The translations under genes and the position numbers were made by a program. The notes below the pieces were generated by a model, which had not been told where the DNA came from, did no database searches, and was given only the letters and a program-made list of their open reading frames with translations. A stretch of DNA of 64,000 bases from Eledone cirrhosa (Eukaryota), in NCBI GenBank assembly GCA_964016885.1, contig CAXHJY010000264.1:62001-126000 (forward strand), given 5' to 3'. Below, in pieces: positions 9,880-20,900 of the stretch; position 1 is the stretch's first letter; every line of letters begins with the position of its first letter.

Positions 9880-12180
9880 GGAAAAAATATGACCCCGACG
9901 GCAGAGCTCAAGCCGTTTCGACGGCTATTTCTGGACTAAATTAAAACTTTTAGCCTGGTAAATAAATAGCAGAACTTGTCAAGGGGGTACTTCCTTATAT
10001 GGGAAGATTGTTGTTGTCGAGAGGATTGGTCAAAATTTGTTGTAAACACAAATAAGTCTATCATGGCATTTGGTGGGAGGTAGGGGTGGCTGAACTTGCC
10101 TGTAGAACAGTGAGGGAGTGAGTGGAGCCGGTCAAGCGTTGAAAGTGAAATCTATACAGCAGATTCTAAGGATAGTGTAAGAAAAGTCAAAAAAGTGTTC
10201 TGGGGAAAATGGAGGAGGGAGGTTATAGAATAAGTAAGTCAGATGAGAGTAGGAGACAATAAAAAATAATAGAAAGAAATATAAAAAAAAATATATATAA
10301 AATTAGATAGTGAGAAATGAATAAAAAAACAAACAAAAACAGTAGAGTCTAGAAACTGCTCTAATTAGTAGGTGTTGCTTGTACGGCCAAAGCTATAGAA
10401 AAGGTTAATAAGTTGAGAATGGAAAATACTAAATAAGAAATTTTGAAATTGTAGAATTGAAGTAGTAAGAAAAAAGATACCAAAATACAGGGGTCTAACA
10501 CATCTGCTATAAATAGTTAGTAAAGCGTAATCGGCCAATTCTATCTTAAAATTACAGGGGTGGGGGTACTGAGGCTATAGCGGACCGATGGGCTGCATCG
10601 GGGTAGACAAAAGGGGAAAAACAGACTAGGAGGAAGATCGGGGGTGGAAGGAAGTGATAGGATGAGACGGGGGGAAGAAGAAAACTTAGGAAAAGAAAAG
10701 CAGTACGTATGTCTACCTATGTAAGCTGGGGTTTCCTCTAACTTATTCGGCAAGTGGGGGGTATCAGCCCTTGTCTACCCACCCGGGTCGTTATGGGGTT
10801 TGAGGGTGAGGTAAGTCCTACGCAATCTGTGTTTGCATGCAGTTACCAGTTCGTCTTTCTTGTTTAGGAGTTGGTCCTTCGAAAACAGCATTTGTAATGT
10901 TTCCTCCGAGCATAAGTTACACGGACAGCGTCCTCCCGTGCAAGAGTTAGCTCTGGACAGTAAGCTCCAAGTGAGATTGTATATTATTATCTTTGCGGTC
11001 CCAGATGTGGCCCAAAAGTGTAGTGGCATGTTGCCGGACCGGGTTTCGGAAAGTATGTCGGTGTTGGTAGAGCCGGATCTTGAAGTCACAAGCGGTTAAT
11101 CCTATATAAGCTTTGTTGGAGGTGTCCGTCCTCACATTGCACTGGTAGATCACGTTACGTTCTCGGCATCTGTTGTTAAGGAGGCACATAGATCTATCAG
11201 GGCAGTTACACCTCCTGGTGGACTCTCCACTGATGTCTAGGTTGTTTCTTCCATAGGGGTTGAGATTTTTGTTGTTTGAGGAGACGGTGTTTTGTGCGAA
11301 GTTAGGTGTGGTGCTGTAGGAGAGTTTGATGGTGTTTTTGTTGATTATGTTGTGGTAGCGGTGTTGTAGTGGGAAGTGTTTTTCGAGGAGCCTAAAGAAG
11401 ATTTTCCCAATAGGTGTTGCCACCTCGGCATTGTGGGGAGGATAAAACCACGTTACGTTGCGTGAGCAGCGGTGTCGCTTGCTGGTGCCGCTAAGCGAAG
11501 CTGGATATATGGATATTTCCTCCCGAAAGCCACTCCGCTTGGTTGTAATGAAGCGCATGTTCGTTGAATATCTGCTCATTAGCGGACAAACGAGATATGC
11601 GGGAGATGTTTTTAACCAGGTTATTGGTGATGTTTCTAGGATGGTTAGAGCGGCGGTGGATGTAGTGCAGGTTGTCGTTTGGTTTCCTGTATGGGTAGTA
11701 CAGATCATTTTCTAGGTTAAGTGTAACGTCCAGGAAATTAACTCAGGTTAGGGACGTTTGTAGGGTGATTTTAAATCCCCAGTCCCGGAAGAAGATGATT
11801 AGTTGTTTACGGACCCGGTCTGTACTACTGGCATTGTACTCTTTGAGGGTGAGGAGCCCATCATCTCGGTACAGTCCACCACCGAATGCAGGAAACATTT
11901 CGGTGAGTTTAAATAGTAGGAATAATCCTATAAGATCTGTAACCTCGGCCGATTCCGTCGCACCCATACTCACGTCGAAGGGGGAGTCGGGAGCTCTCTT
12001 TATCCACTTGGAGTTGTCGAAAAGTAGGACTGTCTTCCTGGCGTGGAGAATGATATTTCTTTCCTGGTCAGTGATGGGTGTGAGTGTTTCGGCAAAGTCC
12101 AAGGTGGCCGTAAGGAGTGGTAAGGTAATTCATACATAGTAACTCTCTATGTCAAACTGGATGAATTTTGTGTCTCGTTT
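9880..12180 (-). mobile_element. Decayed, 5'-truncated Penelope-like element (RT + GIY-YIG endonuclease, 3' hammerhead)
   Basis: Minus-strand peptides FIQFDIESYY, VSMGATESAE, GLYRDDGL and NFLDVTLNL (RT); CNC..C linker; VIYQC..AYIGLT..FKIRLYQH (GIY-YIG). Broken by frameshifts and stops; the 3' end abuts (TA)n at 9863-9879. Confidence 0.9.
9891..9990 (-). ncRNA. Type I hammerhead ribozyme, U3-A8 core variant, at the Penelope 3' end
   Basis: Minus strand ACCCCC-TTGACAA-GTTCTGCTATTT..AAATAGCCGTC-GAAA-CGGC(TTGAGCTCT)GCCG-TC-GGGGT. Predicted GUC cleavage between 9897 and 9896. Confidence 0.75.
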
Positions 12181-12181
12181 G

Positions 12182-12681
12182 AAGTATGACAGCTGCATAA
12201 AAAGGTGCAGAGCACTAGAAGTCGATGGAAACCGCGGAGTGGGGAGACCCAAGATGACCTGGGATGAGGTGATAAAAGCCGACCTTACCCAATTACACCT
12301 CTCAAAGGCGATGACACACAACCGTGACCTCTGGTGTCACGCAGTAATACAGAGTACCCGACCTCCCATGGGTACAAGCTGAAGCATATAGACAATATGC
12401 CCCCCACACCCCCCACCGCAAGGTGGACGTGGAGGCGCCACGGCAAAAAAGCACCCAGCCCACACTGTAAAGTGGACGTGTAGGCGCCACGGAAAAGCAC
12501 CCAGCACTCACTGTAAATGAGGTTGGTGTTAGGAAGGGCATCCAGCAGTAGAAATCAAGCCAAAATCAGTTCCTGTATGAGCAAGGCATGGTCAGCCGAC
12601 CAGACACTGCCCACAACAGGACAACCCGTCTAACCCATGCTAGCGTGGAAGAATGGACGTAAAACGGTGATGATGATGATG
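12182..12681 (+). mobile_element. RTE 3' fragment with (GAT)n tail
   Basis: Encodes DSCIKRCRALEVDGNRGVGRPKMTWD, followed by the shared 3' UTR motifs. Confidence 0.88.
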
Positions 12682-13707
12682 ACACCCGGATGTAACGCAT
12701 GCGCAAACTAAGTACACAAAACACAAAAACAAAATGGTGGAGGACAGAGAACAAAGGAGAGACACACAAAATATAAACCTAGTCACTGAGCAGGTCACAG
12801 AATGTGTGACAAAAGAGTTTTGACAATATATAAATAACCTTCCTGCTATCGAACCAACCAACCATAAATTTATAATAAATTGAAGTGAAAACCAACAGGT
12901 GTGTGTGTTTTTATTGGCAGCATGACCCTCCCAAAGTATAACAATATATATATATATATATATAAATAGTTCAAGGATAAAACATAAAAAAATCAAATAT
13001 AAAAACACGATCTATTCTTTTGGCCAAATTTTTTTGTTGATAATTTCCAGATTAAGTAAAGTATTGAACAATAAGTAAAACATATCTTAGTAGGCCTGAG
13101 CGATATAATTCATTTGAAGGTTAAAGTTCTATATTGCTGTAGAGATACAGTATTATCTCGTAATATCCTATCATGATATTTAGCAAAGAATATATTTTAA
13201 AATGTGTTTGTTAATTCAAATGTTTATAGTATCTTTACTAGTGAACAGTTTGTTGTGAAAGTAAAGACTAATTTTTAAAGTCATTGTTATGTTTTATATT
13301 TGCTAATCTCATTTCATGAGATACTGTCGGGTCTGAAATAACGTGTGTGTTGGGGAGGGGGTGGCTCAGTAACTTTTTTAGGTTGTTTCCGCTGATATTA
13401 TAAAAAACCAGAATTAGTCATTTAGTTTACATATTGAGACCTCAACCCATCCTATTTATTTTATAATGTATTGGATTTCTAGTAATGCACTTTTTTTTTG
13501 TTACGTACAATGTTTTTTAATGTCTAAGGAAAATTAAGTGTTACAAGAATGCTACCACTTAAAATAAAATTCCGCCAGAGATAGATTAGCAACAATAAAT
13601 TAACAGAGGGGCACACTGAAAAACTATGGGGGTTAGGGCGATTATTTGAGACTCAAGAGTACAGAACATTAAGAAACAAAATAAAAAATAGATCAACTGT
13701 ACATTTT

Positions 13708-13895
13708 GCGGTGGATTGGCAGTATCGGTAGGTCGGACACCGTGCTTTGCAGCATAGAGTTATGGCCCTTTACGTTCTGACTTCAAATCCTGTTAAGGTT
13801 AACTTTGCCTTTCATCCTTACAGGGTCGATAAAATAAAGTACCAGTAATACACTGGGATAATTGCTGGCCTTGTGCCAAAAGTAGAAAATTATTT
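13708..13895 (+). mobile_element. tRNA-derived SINE (same family as 1121-1307)
   Basis: Aligns along its length with 1124-1307; TGTACATTTT duplicated at 13698 and 13900. Confidence 0.85.
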
Positions 13896-13899
13896 ACTA

Positions 13900-14046
13900 T
13901 GTACATTTTTGTCACTGATTTGTAACCTATAGGTTTTTGTCACCATTAACAATACAAAGATTTTAGTCAGTGGGTAATAACCTATACATTTTTGTCACTG
14001 ATTAACCTATAGATTGTTGCTGGAGTAACCTATAGATTTTTGTAAC
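13900..14046. repeat. Degenerate ~25-bp minisatellite
   Basis: Recurring AACCTATA(G/C)ATTTTTGTCACTGATT-like units. Confidence 0.55.
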
Positions 14047-14291
14047 AAAACAAATTAATATTGAAGATATTTTTATAAAACCAATACACATATAGATACA
14101 TTCATACAAAAATACGACAACCACACACATAACCATGTACACACACACAAACTACAACCATACACACAAACCACACATACACACAATCACATACATATAC
14201 AAACAAAACACACACACACACACACACACAATCTCGCCCCCAACTTAATAACAAAAGACAAATATTTAACTACTGAAACCTAATATTAACT

Positions 14292-14458
14292 GTCATGGCC
14301 CCGAGCAAGATGGTTGGATAACATCCATGAGCTTGGCTGGTCTCACTTTAGGATCCAGCCGGATCAGTTGGCTTCTGACAGGATCTGCTGGAAGGAGTGT
14401 TTGAGGACTCTGGCCCCATGACCTTCTCAGGAATAAGTGGGAGAAGAAGAGAAGATGT
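14292..14458 (+). mobile_element. 3' remnant of a different RTE-like LINE
   Basis: Translates as PRARWLDNIHELGWSHFRIQPDQLASDRICWKECLRTLAP, followed by a GAA-rich tail. Confidence 0.5.
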
Positions 14459-15019
14459 AATAATGAGATTTCAGTTGAAGGTTTGAATTTATAATTTTTT
14501 AAATGGAGTTTCAGGAAGCTTGGTTTCTAAAGGGTTAACCTGATTTATTAATTCCTTGGTCTCCCCATGTGTATCAAAATTGTGTTAATCAAATTTTATA
14601 TTTAATGGGAATAATTGTAATTAATCACAGAAAATTTAGAAAGAATTAAAAACAATTTGGAATTACTACAAATCATTTATTGTTAGAGATCAAAAGCCAA
14701 TTGAATGAATTTACTCTCTCATTATAATCAATTTGATTACACTTGAGAGAATGACATATTTCTGTCAACATGCAGATCTATATCTATTCTATACATTACT
14801 TTCTGTTTGGCCAACTCTATATTCCATAAAAACTTTCATCAAGTCCATTATTTTCTTTGACATATTCTGTCCTCCTCCTCCTCCTCATTTCAGTTGATAC
14901 TTGATTTCAAGGATATTCATCACTCAAATATTGTTCTTTCAATTGTTGAAGTCAGTTAATTCCGAAGTCTTTCTTGAATTAACATCCACCAAGTCAATGC
15001 CTTCTCCAATTGTAGTTCA

Positions 15020-16856
15020 TTACGGCATCCAGGGACTCCAGGCACCTCATTACAAAGGTTGACATGAGGAATGCCTTCAATTGCATATGCTGGGACCATC
15101 TGCTCGAGGCCTGCCTCAGCCAAGCCCCCACTGCCTACCCACTGGCCTACCTATCATATGCTCCTTGCTGCTGATACAGTCATACCTTCAGCCACTTGGG
15201 TCCAACAGGAGGGGCGATCCTTTGGACGCCCCTCCTGTTTGCCCTTGGTATAGACCACATCGTCCGGAGTATCACAGCCCCTCTCAACGTTTGGTACCTG
15301 GATGATGCTACGTTGGGTGGGCTTGTGGAGACTGTCTGCCATGACCTACAATCGGTGGTTCCTGCCAGGGCAGCAATCAGCCTCCAGGTCAACTTGTCCA
15401 AGTCTGAGGTGGTGAATATCAACTATGATGCTGAGAGCTTTGCAGCCTCCGTCTCGGACGTGCGGTCCATTCTCCACCAGGTACAGGTGACCCCTAAAGA
15501 AGATATCCTCATCCTCGGGTCACCGATCCACCTGCCAGCCATCCACTCCACCATCAGGTCCAAGCTTCAACAACTCCAGACTCTCATGTGCAACTGGGCT
15601 TGATTGACGGCCACCCAGCTCTCTTCCTGTTGAGGAACTGTTTCGCCATGCCAAAACTCCTCCATACTCTTTGCAGCGCTCCGTGCTAACAGCCACGCAT
15701 CTCTCCTCACTGACCTCGACACTTGTATCCGAACAGCAGCTGAGGAGATAAGTAACGTCAGGTTTGACGACATTGGGTGGTAACAGGCCACCTTACCCAT
15801 TAAATATGGTGGCCTTGGCCTGCGTTTCTTTCATCGGTAAACTCATGCCGCGTCCTCATCAACAAGGTTCTTTTAAAAACAATGGAACCTACTGTGATCG
15901 AAGAATATGAGGTCACCTGCGAAACGTGGGACCGGCTTGGACTTAGCCCAGTAGATGTCCCTTTCCTCCTGCTGATGTCAAATCCCCCCAAAGTATTTGG
16001 GATGCTGCCCAATGCGCCTGGCCTCAGACAGGCTAGCGCGCCAGCTCGACCAGCACTGCTTTGCACATTCTTGCATGGCCTCACAGCCCCACAGCAGTGA
16101 CTGGCTCCATGCCTTACCCTCCTTCTCCACTGGCACGCAGCTGGACAATGATAGCCTGAACATCAGAGTTTCCCTGAGGCTTGGCCTCCAGATCTGCGAT
16201 CCACACAAATGTCACTGCGGATCCACCATGTACTCTTTTGGCCTCCACCCACTTTCCTCTCGCTATAGTACCAGCCGCCTTCCACGCCATGCTGCCCTCA
16301 ACGAGTCATAAAGCATGGTTTGGATGCTGCAAGCTTCCCGTCCCAGCTCAAGCCAGTGGGGCTGGACTGAGAGGACGGCAAAAGGTCAGATGGCATGACC
16401 ATCTTCTCGTTCCGTGGTGGCAAACCCCTCGTCTGGGATGCCACTTGTGGCGAGACTTTCTGCAGCTGCAACCTGGTGCAGTCTTTGACTGACCCAGGTC
16501 GGGCTGAGGAGGCCAAACTCTCCAAGTACCGGTCGCTCGCCGACAGGTTCGCGTTCATGCCATTGGCAGTGGAGAATTCTGGTGTCCTTGGCCCTAGGGT
16601 TACCTCCCTACTTACCACCATAGGCGTTAAGCTGGCCAGCCACAGGTGTGAGCCTCCCGAGATGGAATGGCTCCGGGGAAACACCTTCTCCATCCTGTCC
16701 ACCGGGGCTGTGGGGAGGCCAACACATGGGACCCCATTTGATCACCATAAAGAGAGATGGGGAGGGCGAGAGAGATGGAGGCGATGACAGTGGGAGTTCG
16801 GCTCTTCTGTGTTCCGACCTGGTGCGCAGCATCAGTTGTCCATAGGGAGGAAGTGA

Positions 16857-16860
<4 letters not shown>
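15020..16860 (+). mobile_element. Decayed CRE-like non-LTR retrotransposon (RT + restriction-like endonuclease)
   Basis: Broken frames give KVDMRNAFN, VQQ..PLLFAL, WYLDDATLGG, LPIKYGGLGLR, RLGL..CHC..H..RH..LN, GKRSDG..LVWDATC and K..KY..FMPLAVE. The block is GC-rich and ends at (TA)n. Confidence 0.8.
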
Positions 16861-16908
<48 letters not shown>

Positions 16909-16966
16909 CATATATACATATATATATGTAGACACATTTACATAAGCACACACATCACATCACACA

Positions 16967-17010
<44 letters not shown>

Positions 17011-17110
17011 CATACATATATACACACACATATATATATACATACGTAATCACACACGCACAGATTTCCTGTGACACAATGTAAAATGTTTATATGTATG
17101 TGTATACTTG

Positions 17111-17143
<33 letters not shown>

Positions 17144-17196
17144 TATAGATAGATACATACATACAAATATATATATATAAATATATAAATATATAT

Positions 17197-17875
17197 ACAC
17201 GTGAACGGCAAAGCATAAACGAACTAAGGAAAAAATTAGAAATAAGAGGGATCAGATGTTGTTTACTAGAGAGAAGGCTACGTTGGTATGGACACGTGAT
17301 GCGCATGAAAGACGACAGCTGTATAACAAAGCGCAGGGCAATAAAGATAGACGGTAGTCACGGAATAGGCAGACCCAGAAAAACCTGGGACGAGCTGATA
17401 AACTCCGACCTCACACACTTACACCTCTCCAAGACAATGTCACTGGACCGAGACCTTTGGCGGTACTCAGTAACAGAGAAGACCCGCCTTACCTAAGTAC
17501 ATAGTAAAACCTACTACAGCCAGTAGGCATCTCTAACAAAATACACCCCCGTCCCACCACGCCACCCCGTTCTATGTAAAGTTATGTTGGTGCCACAACA
17601 TCCAGGCCGAAACAAATGAGATCGTGTAGGTGTCACGACAAAAAAACACACAGTCCACGCTGTAATGTGGCCGTGTAGGCAACACGGTAAAAACCTCCCA
17701 GACCCACACTGTAAATGTGGTTGGTGTTAGGAAGGGCATCCAACTGTAGAAAACCTGCCAGACGGTCCTATGCGAGCAAGACAATCACTCTTGCCTCAAG
17801 TGGGACTACCTCCGTCCAAACCCATGCAAGCGTGGAACACGGACGTTAAACGCTGATGATGATGATGATGATGAT
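17197..17875 (+). mobile_element. 5'-truncated RTE copy directly upstream of the full-length element
   Basis: Near-identical to 21258-21922; retains the native stop (..KTRLT*). Confidence 0.92.
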
Positions 17876-17938
17876 ATATATATATATATATATACATATA
17901 CACATATACACATATATATATATATATACATATATATA

Positions 17939-20900
17939 TTTTTTTGTTATCTATTTAAGGTTTAAATACGGTGTTTTTGTCGGTGTAAGGTTTAAATACG
18001 GTGTTTTTGTCGTATTGAACAGAACAAATCTTGCAGTTTTGCTTTTTGTTAAATCGCTTGTTAAACATTCATAACCTTCCAGCTAGCTACCCCACACCCC
18101 TCCCACCCGCCCCCACACACCACCCGCCCCCACACACCACCATACTTAATACGTGGACCAATCATAAGCCAGAGCCCCCCCCCCACGCATCACCATTATT
18201 ATTATAAGCCAGAGCCCCCCCCCACCCCCACGCATCACCATTATTATTATTACGCGGACCAATCATAAGCCAGAGGCCTATACTATCGCTTGCCCGGTTG
18301 CCTTCGATATATGATGGATGGATGGACGGACTGCGGAATCCTGGAGAGTGGATGGGAGAGAAAAATCTGGACGCTCAGAACGAAAATGCCAAAGTTAAAG
18401 TCAAATTCACCTCGTGGACGAGAATGCGAGCACTCCTCTTTGTTTCGTCCGCGGATGGCTAACGTAACCCTATCTCCCCCCGCCCCCCACCACCCCCACC
18501 CTCCAAACGCAACCCAAAACTTCAGAGTTGGTACCATAAATGTAGGCACCCTAAAGGGTCGCGCTAACGAGGTTGTAGAAATGCTTGAACGTAAGGAGGT
18601 CGATGTTTGTTGTATTCAAGAGACCAGGTGGAGGGGTGGGTCTGCTAGATTCATTGAGGGTAAAAAACGATGTTATAAGCTTTTCTGGGTGGGAAACGAC
18701 GATGGGCTGGGTGGAGTAGGAATCATGATAGCAGAAAAGTGGGCAGATAAGATAATAGACGTAAATAGAGTGAACGACAGAATAATTAAAATAAGACTTG
18801 TCCTCAATAGAACTACGGTGACAGTAATATCTGCGTGCGCACCCCAATCCGGACTGCCCGGCACTATAAAAGACAGATTCTATGAGACACTGTTGCTAAC
18901 TACCTCCCAAATATCTGACCGTGACTATATAATTATTGCAGGCGACCTAAATGGTCACGTTGGACAACATTGTGACGGCTACGACGAAATCCATGGAGGC
19001 TATGGGTTTGGTACTAGAAATGAGGAAGGCTCCAGAATCCTGGAATTCTGTGATGCAAATAACCTAACTATCTGTAACACTAACTTCAAAAAACGTGACA
19101 ATCACCTGATCACCTATAGATCAGGGGAACACACAAGCCAGGTAGATTATATCCTTACCAGAAGACGTGACAGAGTGTCTGTTGTAAACACTAAATCCCT
19201 CCCCCATGAAAAATGCACCTCCCAACATAGACTGATAATTAGCGACCTCATAGTCAGGACGAGACGTACTCGACAGCAGAAGAGGACTATCCTCAGGAGG
19301 AAAATATGGAAACTAAAGGACCTCACAGCCAGAAATAAATTTCAAAGCATATTACTTGATGCTTTCGACAGTAAGGAAGAGCATCTAGAATCGGACAATA
19401 TAGAGGGACAGTGGGAATTTCTGAAAGCAAACCTGCTGTTGGCGACAGACGAAGTCTGTGGCTGGAGCAGGCCTGTAGGCAGGAGGAGAGTAACATGGTG
19501 GTGGAACAGTAGGGTGGAGGGGTCAATTAAGGCCAAAAAGCAGGCTTGGAAAGTATGGCGGGATGGGGGAAGTAGAGTAGACTATCAAGTGGCCAGGAGG
19601 GAAGCCAGGAGAGAAGTGTACTTAGCAAGAAGGGAAGCTGAGGAAAGAAAGTTCAAGCATGTTCTACAACGCGATGACCAAAAACGTGAGGTGTTCAGGA
19701 TTGCCAGGCAATGCGTCAAGGAAAACCGTGATATTGTCGGGGAGAAGTGTGTACTTAACGATGATGGCATACTTGCCATCACCGACACTGATAAGAAGGT
19801 AGCTTGGAAGTGTCACTATGAAAGGCTACTAAATGAGGAGAATAAATGGGAGAAAGACAGTCTCCCCCATATCGACCCGATAGAGGGACCAGCAGTGTTA
19901 GTCGAGGGGAGTATAATAAGTAAGGCAATCAAGGATATGAAGACGGGTAAGGCGGCTGGGCCTTCGGAAATAGTTGCTGAGATGCTGAAGGCATCTGGCA
20001 CGGTGGGACAGACCATGGTCACCCGCATAGTTAACCAAGTCGTACAGAATGGGGTTGTTCCGAAGGACTGGCATAGCAGCATCATCGTTAACTGTTATAA
20101 GGGTAAAGGAGACGCCCTAGATAGGAGTAACTATAGAGGCATTAAATTAATCGACCAGGTCATGAAGGTCACGGAAAAAGTAATAGCGCAACTAATCAGA
20201 GAGAGAATTGACCTAGATGAAATGCAGTTCGGGTTTGTGTCGGGCAAAAGCACCACAGACGCTCTTTTCATAGTACGACAACTACAGGAGAAGTACCTAG
20301 CTAAAGGTAAACCCCTCTACTTAGCTTTTGTCGACCTGGAGAAAGCCTTCGACAGAGTCCCCCGCTCCATTATCTGGTGGGCTCTTAGAAAACTAGGCGT
20401 TGACGAATGGCTTGTGAGGGCTATACAAGCCATGTATAAAGAAACAGTCAGCAAGGTTAGAATTAACAACGAATATAGTGAAGAGTTTAGCGTAAAAGTT
20501 GGCGTCCATCAGGGCTCTGTTCTCAGCCCCCTACTATTTATTATTGCCCTTCAGGCTATAACAGAGGAGTTCAAGACAGGATGCCCAAGGGAACTCCTAT
20601 ACGCAGACGACCTGACACTCATAGCGGAATCAATGGCCGAGCTAGAGAAGAAATTCCAAACATGGAAGCACGGCCTAGAGTCAAAAGGACTTAAAATTAA
20701 CCTGGCTAAGACCAAAGTTCTAGTTTGTAGGAAAGAAAACAAGGCGGTGGTCCCTTCTGGGAAATGGTCGTGCTCGGTGTGTAGGAAAGGCGTAGGTAGA
20801 AACTCCATTTTATGTCCTAAATGCAAAGTATGGGTGCATAAAAGATGTAGTGGGATCACAGGTAAGCTAACTAAGAACATAGATTTTACATGTGGCCGGT

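Noticed and set aside
14760-15020. Possible minus-strand coding remnant (acidic, purine-rich)
   Set aside because: The frames inspected are interrupted by stops and no motif could be identified with confidence.
21-17306. Short ORFs rich in YI/SL/RE/HT and antisense ORFs over the LINEs
   Set aside because: They are translations of microsatellites or shadows of the retroelement frames.
17939-18290. HDV-like ribozyme expected at some RTE 5' ends
   Set aside because: A nested double pseudoknot could not be identified by eye; this needs a motif search.
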